DNA of 64,000 bases from Scyliorhinus canicula. Its lineage: Eukaryota. Positions 40,201 through 52,790 of this stretch are shown in pieces. The translations under genes and the position numbers were made by a program. The stretch spans positions 118,894,636 to 118,958,635 of the forward strand of contig NC_052161.1 of assembly GCF_902713615.1 (NCBI RefSeq), written 5' to 3'. Numbering within the stretch: the stretch's first letter is position 1; each line of letters begins with the position of its first letter. A model generated the notes under the pieces. The model saw nothing but the letters and a program-made list of their open reading frames with translations. It made no database searches and had not been told where the DNA came from.

Positions 40201-40446
40201 TGTAGTGATATCATGGTTGTGTTGTAATTCACCGACTGACCACTTGGAGTTTCACTAGTATATAAGTGAATGTTACAGTCAGCTGACCTCAAGACTGGTT
40301 GGAGGAAGTTGCTCGTGCATGATTTACTGTTATTCATCTGTTGTCTTGTAAATAGTTTACCCACATTTAATGTTAATAAATAGTTTATAGCTTCAGCTAC
40401 AAGTGTTCTTGTAATATAAATCAGGCCAGCCGACAAGAACATTACA
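40201..40446 (+). mobile_element. Solo LTR
   Basis: TGTAGTG...CATTACA termini, TATAAG and AATAAA inside, imperfect TSD tgtgg/tgttg. Confidence 0.6.
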
Positions 40447-41797
40447 TGTTGTGGGGGGGGGGTGGGGTGTCCCCATTTACTTCTGGGGGGGTGGATACCC
40501 CCATGTGCATGTGGATTGTCTCCATATCCATCGTGGGGTGGGTATTTTTTTTTAACCAACTCTTTCAGCTGGCGAGCTGCACACCGCTTTTCTTGCCTGG
40601 TCCAAAACTTAGAAGAAAGAATACAGTGTCCTGGGAACAATGTACTTAGCATGAGGTCTTAAATAGAATATCGGATAATGCTAATTACATTTTGGATTTG
40701 AGATCATTTTGGTTTTCAGATACTGCATTACGATTGGATTACATTACAATAGCCTAAGCCGTGGCTAGCTATAATCAAAAGTAAATGAAACGGCTGGAAA
40801 TATGTCACTGAATAATAAATGCAAGGTACTTTTACAAATATCATATTGACACAATCACCACAAAAATAGCAAGGTTCAGACAAACAACCACACTTCCTGC
40901 ACTAAAGGTCAATGAGCTTCAAAAAAAATGTGATATTTGGATGTGTTGGGTTTTCAGATTTACGGATAAAGGATACGTGACCTGTACTGTAAATAAATAG
41001 TTTAAGAAGAACTAAATACTAACTATCTCCAGGTAAGTGAAACCTCACTGAGCCCAATGAAAATGCAGGTTAAAGGGCTTCAAGCCAAACCAGGGAGGAG
41101 CAAGACCATCGAGTGGTTTGGAAACAAGAATCAGAACTTTAAAATCAAGATGTTGTTTGACCACGAAGCAATGAAAGTCAGCAAGCACAGGGAAATGGGA
41201 CTTGATGTGAGTTTAGAGGTTGACAGCAGAGTTTTAGATGACCTCAATTTTAAGGAGAGTAGAATGTGGCAGACCAACCAGGAGTGAGTTTGAATCATCA
41301 AATGTGGAGCTAATGAAGATGTGGATGAGAGTTTCAGCACCAGATGGAAGGAAAGTGAAAGTAAGTTGGTATAAAGCTTTCTCACAGTTGAAGTTGAAAT
41401 ATATTGTTTAAAAATCAAAGTGCTTAAATGGCTAATTATAGAGAAATCAATGTTAAAAAAAGGCAGACTATTGTTCAAAGCTGCAGGAGAAACAGTTTGA
41501 ATAGGGAAACAAAGCCTAACTTGTGTGCTTTAAATGGTGCAAAAGTTCCAGCAATTTTAATTGTTATTGAAACAGACATTTTGACTCTGATTGGTCAAGG
41601 CATTGCCCTGAGGAATAAACCAGCGAATGGCCGTCACTTACTATGTGTGGCTGAAACAGGTGCAACGTGTGTACATGTTCTTTCTGTCTGCAAATAGGGC
41701 CCCGTGTATTAACACATGTAACTTCCAATACATGCAAGTGTGCCACACTGGCACTGAAGTTCAAATACCACATTACTCATTGTGTGATAGGCAGAAC

Positions 41798-42410
41798 AGG
41801 CGGGATTCTCCCAGTCCTGCGCCAGACCAGAGCATCCCCGTGACCGGGCCACGCCGCCCCGACGCCAGCACGCGATTCTCCACAGAGCGAAGAATCGGCA
41901 CCATTAGCACTGGCGTGGTTGGTACGGCGCCGGTCGCGGGCCGCTCCACGCGGCCCCCCCCCGCGATTCTCCGACCCGGATGGGCCGAGCGGCCGTGAGA
42001 AAAAAACTAGTCCCACCGCGTTCTAACCTGCTCTGAGCCGGCGGGACTTGGCCATTGAAGGGTCCGGTGGTGGCCTGTGGGGGAAGGGCGCATTCTGACC
42101 TGGGGGGAGGCCTCCGATGTGGCCTGGCCCGTGATCGGGGCCACCGATTGGCAGGCCAGCCTCTCTGGCTGGGGGCCTCCTTTCCTACACGCCGGCCCCT
42201 GTAGCCTGCGCCATGTTGCTTCGGGGCCAGCGCGTTGAAGGAGGTCATTTGCGCGTTGGTGCCTGTGCCCCTGTGCATGCATGGATCCCACGGTGCACAG
42301 TTCGTGCGGGAATCGGCAGCTGGAGTGGCGTGAACGGCTCCAGCGCCATGCTGGCCCCCTGTAGGGGTCACAAATTGTCCTGGCAGTGGCCTGTTCACGT
42401 CAATGAAAAG
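41798..42410. mobile_element. Truncated GC-rich MITE of the same GGCGGGATTCTCC family
   Basis: Left TIR-like GGCGGGATTCTCCC and CpG-rich body; right end not found. Confidence 0.55.
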
Positions 42411-42502
42411 GGAGTTCATTAGGACTGCTCCATTTGAAAGGTGAATTTGAGCGTAGGATGGAGCCCATGTGAGGGACTGATAATGGTGACATGTTTGCTA
42501 CA

Positions 42503-43098
42503 GGTTATTGGTAGAGGGATTGAGTTCCGGAGCCATGAGGTCATGTTGCAGTTGTACAAAACTCTAGTACGGCCGCATTTGGAGTATTGCGTACAGTTCT
42601 GGTTGCCTCATTATAGGAAGGACGTGGAAGCCTTGGAACGGGTGCAGAGGAGATTTACCAGGATGTTGCCTGGTATGGAGGGAAAATCTTATGAGGAAAG
42701 GCTGATGGACTTGAGGTTGTTTTCGTTAGAGAGAAGAAGGTTAAGAGGTGACTTAATAGAGGCATACAAAATGATAAGAGGGTTAGATAGGGTGGACAGC
42801 GAGAGCCTTCTCCCGCGGATGGAGGTGGCTAGCACGAGGGGACATAGCCTTAAATTGAGGGGTAATAGATATAGGACAGAGGTCAGAGGTGGGTTTTTTA
42901 CGCAAAGAGTGGTGAGGCCGTGGAATGCCCTACCTGCAACAGTAGTGAACTCGCCAACATTGAGGGCATTTAAAAGTTTATTGGATAAGCATATGGATGA
43001 TAAGGGCATAGTGTAGGTTAGATGGCCTTTAGTTTTTTCCCATGTCGGTGCAACATCGAGGGCCGAAGGGCCTGTACTGCGCTGTATCGTTCTATGTT
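42503..43098 (+). mobile_element. CR1 LINE 3' fragment ending ~170 bp upstream of the MRPL20 ATG
   Basis: Uninterrupted LYKTLVRPHLEYCVQFW...RLRGDLIEAYK; TTCTATG tail. Confidence 0.93.
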
Positions 43099-43270
43099 TA
43101 AAATGTATCATTTCACACGCATTTGATACATTAGTGCAGGCTCCGCCCCCTCAGCGCCAGCACACGGGGGGAGTCAGAGCGAGGGGCAGGGCTGAGGCTG
43201 GGCTTCTGATAACGGGGGAGGAGGAGAGGTAGGGGGAGAGTACACTCCCACCCAGGAGGCCGAAAGCCGG

Positions 43271-43357
43271 ATGGTTTTCCTGTCGCTGTCCCGTTGGATC
43301 CGGAACCGAGGCCCCGACCGCTACTGGCGGCGCCAGGAGATCCTTCAACACGCGCGG
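43271..43357 (+). CDS. MRPL20: MRPL20 coding exon 1
   Basis: ATG...GCGCGG|gtgaga. Confidence 0.95.
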
Positions 43358-46300
43358 GTGAGAGGCTGGGGGAGACCGCGGGGGGGGGGGGGGGGGATGT
43401 GGAGCTGAGGCCTGGGGTTGTCCGGATCCCCGGCCTGGCGTATTGGCCGCTCCCTGTGGGGACACCCCCTCCCTCAGGATGATTCTCATTCCAGTCTCTC
43501 TTGTGTCTCCGGCAGCATTTCCGAGGCAGGAAGAACCGATGTTACAGCCTGGCTGTGCGGGCCGTGCGAAGAGCCTTCCTCTACTCCACCAAGGCCAAGA
43601 AGCTCAAGAAGCGGAACATCAGGATGGTAAATCCCGGGCTGGATGGCAGTGGGTAGCTGGGGTGGGAGGCGAGGGCTCACATAGCCGGGGCACTGAGAGG
43701 GCACAGGGTGCATATGGAGCTGCTGGGCTGGGCAGACCACTGGCAAGGTCATGGCCTGGGGAGAGGCACATTGAGTGGGGATGGTGCACACAGGGCTGCT
43801 GCCCCTTCAGCAATGATGTGAGAATGGGGCCTTTTTCTTTTGCTCGTTTACCAGCTGTGGGTTTAGCCGTCTTGGGCCAACATTTGTTGCCCATCGCCAC
43901 ATGCCCTTGAGAAGGTAGCGATGAGCTGCCTCCTTGAACTGCCGTCCCTGGGGTGCAGGTACACCCACAGTGCTGTTAGGGAGGGGGTTATCACAGAATT
44001 GTTCTGGTGCAGAAGGAGGCCATTCCAGCATTTTGAACCAGTGACTGAAGGAACGCCGCTAGATTTCCAAGTCAGGATAGTGAGTGGTTTAGAGGGGAAC
44101 CTCCAGGTGGTGGGCTGTAGAATATGACTTGAACCTGCCATTGTAATCTGGCAAAAGGGTGATTTTATTGTGGCGAGGGATAATCAGGGTAACCAGGAAA
44201 TTGCTGAGTAACTGCAGAAAAGAAAATTGTTAAATGGGGAGGGGGGCTCCGCAGGGAACTAGGCAGGCGGCTGGGGTGGGGGGGTTGCATTGCAGGTTTG
44301 TACATCTGTAGGATTGGAATGACCTCTATCAAGAAGTAGTTGAATGGTAGATGTGAGGCTTCTGTGCAGAATGATTTTGACCACTCGAACAGTCTCTCTT
44401 ATCTGTGTTTTCATGGGTTGAAATGTGGACACCTAGGGCTGCTCTTCGTTCTGGTAAACCTGCAGGTTCCGGCTGCAGATGTTCCACACTGCTGAAATAC
44501 TGTCCCTGCTTCATAAAACAGCTGATACAAAGAGCGGTCAACTAATTGACTTCATTGCCCCTTACATCTGTCACTTTTCCTAAGTGGGTTCGCTGTTACA
44601 CAGTGCCCCTCATCATTCTGTCTGTTTCCAGGGTGCAGGTGATTTGTGCCCTCATGGTGGCAGTCAGCTCTGCCAAGTACTGAATGGCGACATTGATGAG
44701 TTCCTGAAAGGTTCTCCGCAATTGTTGTTAGAAGGTGTTGAGGGGAGTCCTGATTGATTTGTCACAGAATTGTTCTGGTTCAGAAGGAGGCCATTCGGCC
44801 CATCGTGTCTGCATCGACTCTCCGAATGACCATCGCGATTTAGTGCCATTTCCCTGCCTTTTCTCTGAATTGTTTTCCCTGAATTCCCACATTGTTTCTA
44901 TTCAAATAATCATCCAATGCCCTCGTGAATGCCTCAATTTAACTTGCCTCCACCACACTTCCAGACAGTGCGTTCCAGACCCCGAATCTCAGAAATACAC
45001 AGTGCAGAAGAGGTCCTTTCGATCCATCGAGTCTGCACTGTCACATGAAAAGCACCTGACTTACTACCTTATCCCATGTGCCAGCACTTTGCCCATAGCC
45101 TTGAAGTCATGACGTGCCAAATGCTCATCCAGGTACTTTTTAGAAGATGTGAGACAACTCGCCTCTCCCACCTGAACCACTCATGTGAAAAAGCTTTTCT
45201 CGCATCATGTTTGCTTCTTTTGCAAATCACTTTAAAACTGTCCTCTCGTTCGTGATCCTTTTATGAGCGGGAACCATTTTCCCCTATCTACTCTGTTCAG
45301 CCCCTTCGTGATTTTGAACATCTCTATCAATTCTCCTCTTAGCCACCTTCTCTCCAAGGAGAACAGTCCCAACCTTTCCAATTTAACCTCATAACTGAAG
45401 TTTTTCATCCTGCAACCTTTCTTATGGAACCTCTTCAGCACTCTCTCCAATAGGTTCACATCCTTCCTATAGTGTCGCGCCCAGAACTATACACAGTACT
45501 CCAGCTGAGATGCAGCTCCAACAAAATTCAAGAAGCTCGACACCACCCAGGTCAAAGCAGCCCGCTTGATTTCTCCCCCATCCACAAACATTCAAACCCT
45601 CCACCGTAGAACATACATAGAACATAGAACTTACAGTGCAGAAGGAGGCCATTCGGTCCATTGAGTCTGCACTGACCCACTTAACCCTCACTTCCGCTCT
45701 CTCCCTGTAACCCAATAACCACATCTAACCGTTTTGGACACTAAGGGCAATTTAGCATGGCCAATCCACCTAACCTGCACGTCTTTGGACTGTGGGAGGA
45801 AACCAGAGTACCCGGAGGAAACCCACACAGACACGGGGAGAACATGCAGACTCCGCACAGACAGTGACCCAGCAGGGAATCGAACCTGGGACCCTGGCGC
45901 TGTGAAGCCACAGTGCTAGCCACTTGTGCTACCGTGCTGTCCACCGATGAACAATGGCAGCCGTGTGTACCATCTATAAGATGCACTGCGGGAACTCGCC
46001 AAGGTTCCTTAGGCATCGTCTTCCAAACCCACAACCCCAACCATCTAGAAGGACAAGAGCAGCAGATACCTGGGAACACCACCACCTGGAAGTTCCCCTC
46101 CAAGCCACTCACTATCCTGATTTGGAAATATTTTGCTGTTCCTTCACTGTTGCTGGGGAAAAATCCTGCAACTCCTTCCCTAACAGCACCGTGGGTGTAC
46201 CTACAGCTCGGGGACTGCATTGGTTCAAGAAGGTGGCTCACTACCACCTTCTGAAGGGCAACTTGAGATGGGCAATAAATGCTGGCCTAGCCAGCGATGC

Positions 46301-49300
46301 TCACATCCCGTAAAACATTTTTTTTTAAAGAAAAAACTAGTGTCTTGTATAAGTTCAGCATAACCTACTTGCTGTTTTACTCTATGCCCCTATTAATAAA
46401 GCCCAGAATACTATATCCTTTACTAACTGATCTCTCCACCTGTCCTGCCACCTTCTATGCATATACAAACCAAGGTTCCTCTGCTCCTGCACTCCCTTAA
46501 GTATGTTACCCTTCATTTTATTGTCTTTCCATGTTCCTCCTACCAAAATGCGTCACTCCACACTTCTCTTGGTCTATGTCTAATCTACTCAACGGCCTTT
46601 CAGAATGTACACGCCAGTTTTGGATTTCCCGTCAGACTGTGGCAATGGGCAGCCCCATTCTGATGTATTTGAAAACCAGAACAACCAAAATCCTTGAACC
46701 CTGGCTCCAACTGAACCCAAACCCACATTCAGCATGCACTGCCTCTCCAATCAGAAACCCGAGCACAAATAAAGGAGACGATTCAACACATCTACGTGCA
46801 GAGAAGATTCACTTGCTCGAAACATCCTGAGTTTAGAATAAGGTTGTAGTTGAAAGAAAAATGGTAAAGAGTGTTTTATTCTGTTTCAGCTTTGGATAAG
46901 CAGGATTGCAGCAGCCACGCGTGAGCATGGAATGAAATATCCTGCGTTGATCAGTAACCTGATTAAGGTGAGGGTTCAGCCTATAAATATTCCACCAGAT
47001 TTTTAGCGTGGCACACTTTTAATTTTGCTATGCGGTAAAGGATTCCTTTGACCGGTATGTTGAATTTGCCTCCGTTTGCAGCACTCACCTCTTGAATCAG
47101 AAAGCGATGGATTCTGGCCCCACTTCAGGACTTGAGCACATAAGCTAGGCTGTCACTTCAGTGGGAGTTCTCCCGGTGTCCATGCCAACATTCACCCTTC
47201 AATCAGCCCTGCCGAAACAAATTAATTCGCTCTTTATCCACTTTGCTAATTTGGGACCCTTGCTGTACACAGATTGCCAGCAATGATGGTTTGAACAGCG
47301 AAAAGGGAGCACACTTCCAAATCTTAACAGCTAACTTGCTTTGAAGGTCTGTGGAAAGCATTGTAAATACAAAACCTGTGCATAGTAACTGATCTTTCTG
47401 TCACGTAAAATCGAAAAAGTGCAGAAAAACTAAAATTGCATCGCAGATCCGGGAACCATCATTTATTTTGTTCCGACCTGTGCAGTCCATTGAGAAGAAA
47501 CATCCAGGTCACACTGGGTGCCATCAACATGGCTGACATGTAAAACTTGGAATGCAGGGCAGCACGGTGGCACAGTGGTTAGCACTGCTGCCTACGGCGC
47601 TGAGGACCCGGGTTCGAATCCCGACCCTGGGTCACTGTCCGTGTGGAGTTTGCACATTCTCCCCGTGTCTGCGTGGGTCTCACCCCCAAAACCCAAAGAT
47701 GTGCTGGTTAGGTGGATTGGCCGTGCTAAATTGCCCCTTAAATGGAAAAATGAATTGGGTACTCTACATTTTTTTAAAAAGAAAAAAAATACTTGGAATG
47801 CAGGTATAGAAGAAATTCATAGTTGCAGTTTCGAAATGACGGCTAAGATTGGACCTTCGGGTGAATGAATTCAGTTCCCTCTCGGGCTTCTGCTCGAGAG
47901 CAGGGTGGGCTATGAGCACTCTTGGGGGGTGGAATAAGTTGTGTGGCTTGACGGAGCCAATACAAAGACTTAAATTGCTGACGGCAAGGTCGACACAAAG
48001 TTCGACGGAGACCCAAAGTACAACGTGCTACCTCCAACTAAAGTTTCAGAAGTAACTTGAGAATATAGCGTATAAAAACAGAGAATACTGGGAAAAGCCA
48101 ACAGGTTTGGCTGCGTCTGTGGAGAGAGAAACCGTTCGGGTTTTGAGTCCAGCATGACTCTCTTCTCAGAGCTGAATACAGCATATGGAATATAGCAGGT
48201 TAGGTTTGAGGGCCCAAGCACTATACAAACTTTCCAAAATTCTCAGCTGGAGTTGGCCATGGAGGTTTTCCTGTGGATTTTTAAATCTACTGTTGCAGTG
48301 CATTTAACATCGGTGGCATAGGGGTTAGCACTGCTGCCTCACAGCGCCAGGAATCCGGGTTCAATTGCAGCCTTGGGTGACTGTGAAGAGTTTGCACCTT
48401 CTCCCCGTGCCTGTGTGGGTTTCCTCCTACAGTCCAAAGATGTGCAGGTCAGGTGGATTGACCAAACGGGCGGCACAGTTGCACAGTGGTTAGCACTGTT
48501 GCTTCACAGCACCAGGGTCCCAAGTTCGATTCCTGGCTTGGCTCACTGTCTGTGTGGAGTCTGCACGTTCACCCTGTATCTGCGTGGGTTTCCTCCGGTT
48601 TCCTCCCACAACTCCCGAAAGTCATGGGGCGAAATTCTCCCAAAACGGGAGAAATCGTAAAACTGCCGTAAAACCCGGGCGGGTTTTACGGCAGCGCGCC
48701 CCTTCCCGATGGGGGACCGATTCTGGTCCCCTGTCGGGGCTAGCAGCCCGACGTCGGAGGCTCCGACAAGTCGGGCTTAACGAAAATCGTTAAGCCCGCT
48801 TGCCGGAGTTAGCGCTGGCTGACGCGTCATATGACGTCAGCCACGCATGCGCAGGTGGGAAGACTCCACCCGCGCATGCGCGGGTGACGTCATCGCGTTT
48901 TTGCGCGAAACCCGCGCATGCGCGGGCCGGGTTGCCCCTCAGCCGCCCCGCGTATTGATACTGCGGGGCAGCGGAAGGACAAATAGTGCGCGGGCATCGG
49001 GCCCGCTGCCCGCGATCGGTGCCCACCGATCGCGGGCCCATGGCACCCTTGGCACGGCCGTGGTACTGCCGTGCCAATCGGTGCCATGGTTATTTTTTGC
49101 GAGTTTGTCACGACGTTTTTACGAACGGCAGGACCAGGTGTGTTTGCCGTTCGTAAAAAGGTCGTAAAGGGCTGGGACTTCGGCCCTTCTAACAGCTGAG
49201 AATCGCTGCCGGCCGTAAAAAAAACGGCGGCAGCGATTCTTGTCGGGATTTCGGCGGGGGGGGGGGGGGAGAATAGCGGGAGGGCGTCAAAAAAGTCGGG

Positions 49301-49944
49301 AAGGCCCTCCCGCTATTCTCCCACCCGTCGTGGGGGGGGGGAGAATTTCGCCCATGCTATTAGGTGCATTGGACAGTCTGAATTCTCCCTCGGTGTACTC
49401 GAACAGGCGCCGGAGTGTGGCGACTAGGGGAGTTTCACAGTAACTTCATTGCAGTGTTAAGGTAAGCCTACTTGTGACAATAATAAAGATTATTATTATT
49501 ATTACTAAATTGCCCCTTAGGATTAGGGTGGGGGATTGGGCCGAGATAGGGTGCTGTTTCAGAGGGTGTAGACTCGATGGGCCGAATGGCCTCTTACACT
49601 GTAGGGACTCTAGCGCCTCGCTATATCGGCAAATGCTTCCAGTTTCTCTTGACTGCACATGCATCTCCATTTGAACAAGTCTCACAGCCCGAGACTCGAA
49701 GGTAAAGGGAGCTGTGTAAATTGGACGAGGTGCTTTCTCGATAGTTAAACCGCTTCTTTCTCTTTGGCAGTGCCAGGTGGAGCTGAACAGGAAGGTCCTC
49801 GCGGATCTGGCCATATATGAACCGAAGACGTTCAAGTCCCTGGCAGCCCTGGCTAAGCGAAGGAGGGAAGAGGGCTTCAGCAATGCACTGGGCGACGGTA
49901 CAGAACCCACCGGCATATTTTCACGCATCGTACATTCTGACTAA
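43271..49944 (+). CDS. MRPL20: Mitochondrial ribosomal protein bL20m, join(43271..43357,43516..43626,46890..46967,49771..49944), 149 aa
   Basis: Spliced translation [149 protein letters not shown] is unmistakably L20. All introns are GT-AG and phase 0; exon sizes are 87/111/78/174. Confidence 0.97.
43516..43626 (+). CDS. MRPL20: MRPL20 exon 2
   Basis: ggcag|CATTTC...AGGATG|gtaaat; encodes the [10 protein letters not shown] motif. Confidence 0.96.
44760..45500 (-). mobile_element. Old CR1 3' fragments in MRPL20 intron 2
   Basis: [24 protein letters not shown] motif and CR1 tails. Confidence 0.75.
45610..45940 (-). mobile_element. V-SINE with CR1 tail
   Basis: tRNA head, V domain, TTCTATG tail. 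Confidence 0.85.
46890..46967 (+). CDS. MRPL20: MRPL20 exon 3
   Basis: tttcag|CTTTGG...ATTAAG|gtgagg; encodes the LWISRIAAA motif. Confidence 0.96.
47558..47790 (+). mobile_element. V-SINE, A-tail type, with 13-14-bp TSD
   Basis: TSD ACTTGGAATGCAG at 47545 and 47791; A-rich tail. Confidence 0.88.
48311..49612 (+). mobile_element. Nested SINE > SINE (48468-49503) > MITE stack in MRPL20 intron 3
   Basis: The outer V-SINE resumes at ctaaattgcccc (~49505); the inner SINE resumes after the MITE TSD. Confidence 0.8.
48627..49353. mobile_element. Young PIF/Harbinger-type CpG-rich MITE nested in a SINE
   Basis: Perfect 15-bp TIR GGGCGAAATTCTCCC; 3-bp TSD ATG. Confidence 0.88.
49771..49944 (+). CDS. 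MRPL20: MRPL20 exon 4 (terminal)
   Basis: tttggcag|TGCCAG; encodes the [12 protein letters not shown] motif; TAA stop. Confidence 0.97.
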   Translation, partial: CQVELNRKVLADLAIYEPKTFKSLAALAKRRREEGFSNALGDGTEPTGIFSRIVHSD

Positions 49945-50142
49945 AGGGATGTGCATGAATAATTGCCGCAAATCCTTCTTACCCAACTGACTGTTAATGC
50001 CATCACATTATCAAAATGTTTACAGCAGACTGTCTTTGCCTCAAGTCAGAAGATTTTAGCAGTCTTCTGTGTGGATTATTTGACAAGGTTTTTTCATTCC
50101 AATGCGGGCTTGACTGATAATTATTGTGTGCAAAATTCTTGC

Positions 50143-50148
50143 AATAAA
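50143..50148 (+). terminator. Probable MRPL20 polyadenylation signal AATAAA
   Basis: First AATAAA, ~200 nt after the stop codon, with GT-rich sequence downstream. Confidence 0.6.
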
Positions 50149-50529
50149 ATTTTGTAGTGAAATGCCATGAATTGCAAACAATAGTTTTGGGGTGGCGGGA
50201 GGGGAGTAGGATGTGGGGTAGCAGCAACACTGGCTGGAGAGTGGGTGTATTTGCAATGCTGAGGTTCGCTGATAGTCAATGAGGTTTTCTGGTTCTATAG
50301 AATGAGTGAATGTATCTGATCACGTTTGAAACGATAATTGTTTCCAAGCTTACAAAAGTAGCACAAATGGAAATTATAGGTTCCTGCAAGGTACAGTCGA
50401 GTAAGGGACTCCGTGAGACGACTGCTTGTGGAATCTCCGGTATCCTTGCCCAAGTCCGTCTCATTGCTCCCTTGCATTACTGTTCCACTGTAACCCAAAC
50501 TATAATTCATTCTGCTCCAGTTAGTCTGG

Positions 50530-50870
50530 CGAGACGGTGGCATTTGGGCAATGTCACTGAACGAGTAATCCAGTTAACACTCTGGGGATGTGGATTTGAA
50601 TCCCACCAATGGCAGCTGATAGAATTTAAATTTAATTAATAAATCTGGAATTGAAAAGCTTATCTCAGTAATGGTGACCATGAAACAATCATCGATTTGT
50701 CATTTTAAAACCCATCTGGTTCACTAATGTCCTTTAGGGAAGGAAATCTGCCATCCTTACCCGGTCTAGCCTACATATGACTCCGGATCCACAGCAATGT
50801 GGTTGACTCTTAACTGCCCTCTGAAATGGCTGAATTAGGAATGGTCAATCAATGCTGGCCTTGTCAGGAA
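50530..50870 (+). mobile_element. tRNA-derived SINE (third family); partial copy at 58195-58395
   Basis: aatgtcactg..gtaatccag..tttgaatcccacca head; aaatgctggcc tail shared with the LINE end at ~46260-46310. Confidence 0.65.
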
Positions 50871-51107
50871 CACTCACAAAAATCACTTCCTGCATTTTAT
50901 TGTGTGCAGCAGAGTATCTAACCCAAGGTCATCATCATTCTATGGTAGCTGTTACACAATGTCAGTGTCCTTCAGCTAAAACACTTTAGCAGCATGGGAA
51001 TGTATGGGGCTGCTGCAACATTATGGTCGGGGATTTTCAAACCATTGTTCGAATAGCTGGACCATGACTCTTACAGTCTTGAGTATTCAACTTTTCTTCA
51101 GCAGAGA

Positions 51108-51861
51108 TAACTCAGACTCACTCCAACTATTACTCGCAATAAATTCACTCGCAACAATTACTCACTCGCAACAATTACTCGCAACAATTACTCACTCGCA
51201 ACAATTACTCACTCGCAGCAATTACACACTCGCAGCAATTACACACTACAACTATTACTCGCAATAATTACTCAGTTGCAACAATTACTCACTCCAAATA
51301 TTACTCGCAATAATTACTCGCAACAATTACTCATTCCAACTATTACTCGCAATAATTACTCACTTGCAACAATTACTCACTCCAACTATTACTCGCAATA
51401 ATTACTCACTCGCAACAATTACTCGCAATAATTACTCTCGCAACAATTACTCTCTGCAACAATTACTCTAAATAATTACTCACAATAGTTACTCGCAATA
51501 ATTACTCTCAACAATTACCCGCAATAATTACTCGCAACAATTACTCACAATAATTACTCACTCGCAACAATTACTCACTCCAACTATTACTCGCAATAAT
51601 TACTCACTCGCAACAATTACTCACTCCAACTATTACTCGCAATAATTACTCGCAACAATTACTCACTCCAACTATTACTCACAATAATTACTCGCAATAA
51701 TTACTCACTCTCAACAATTACTCACTCGCAACAATTACTCACTCTGCAACAATTACTCGCAATAATTACTCACAATAGTTACTCACAACAATTACTCGCA
51801 ACAATTACTCACTCGCATCAAGTACTTGCAATAGTTACTCACTCACAATAATTACTCGCAA
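51108..51861. repeat. AT-rich minisatellite of 13/17-bp units (caataattactcg / caacaattactcactcg)
   Basis: Roughly 50 short units, almost devoid of G except in CpG. Confidence 0.95.
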
Positions 51862-52309
51862 TGAGTCCCAGGCAAGTCAGTTGTTTAAACTGTAGAAAGA
51901 TTACGGTGCAGATAGAGGCCATTCAGCCCATCGTGTTAGCACCGGCCAAAAAGGAGAAAAAAGAAACTTGCCGTTAATTTTAATCACATTTTCCGGCACC
52001 TGGTCCGCAGCCTTGCAGGTTACAGCATTTCGGGTGCAGATCCAGGTACCGTTTCAGCCTCAACCACCAACTTGGGCAGTGAATTCCAGGTGCCCCTTCC
52101 ACCCTTTGACAAGGTTTTTCCTCATGTCCCCACTAATCCTTCCACCAATCACCTTAAATCTATGCCCCATGGTAATTGCTCAGTCAGTGGAAACAAGTGT
52201 AGGCTGCTCATCATTTTGTACATCTGTTAGTTCTGGGGTATAAAACTGGGATGTGGGAGTTAATTGGGCATCGCAGAGTCGGCACGCAATGTGTCAAGTG
52301 TATTTCTTT

Positions 52310-52790
52310 CCCTGTAGTGGTTGACAGTGCCCTCAACCGTGCCTCACTCAATTCCCACACTTCTGCCCTCGACCCTCCCTCCCAGAACCACAATATGTTC
52401 TCCTTGTCCTCACTCCCCCCCCCCCCCCTCCACCTGTCTCCCCCCACCTGTCTTTGTAGTCAAAGGATTATCCTCCAGATGAAGCAGCGATTTGCCTGTA
52501 CTTAATTCAATTACAGTGCTAGTTGCTCACAATGTGGCCTCTTCTACATTGGGGAAACCAAAAGCAGAATGGCTGACCGCATTGCGGAACACCTCCATTT
52601 GGTCATCAAGCATGACGCCGACCTTCCTGTCGCTTGCCAATGCAATTCACCATCTCGTCCTCATGCTCACACGTCTGTCCTTGGCCTACTGGAACATTCT
52701 AGGGAAGCCCATCACACACCTCATCTTCTGAATAGGCACTTTACAGCTTTCTGGATTCAACATTGAGTTAAACAACTTTGGACCATGATC
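52310..52790 (+). mobile_element. Penelope-like element fragment (GIY-YIG endonuclease)
   Basis: CSQCGLFYIGETKSRMADRIAEHL...LPVACQCN motif. Confidence 0.8.

Larger units (their letters stand above)
43135..43630 (+). promoter_or_regulatory. MRPL20 CpG-island promoter
   Basis: GC/CpG-rich stretch over exons 1-2; GC box CTCCGCCCCC at 43141-43150; no TATA box. Confidence 0.75.
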
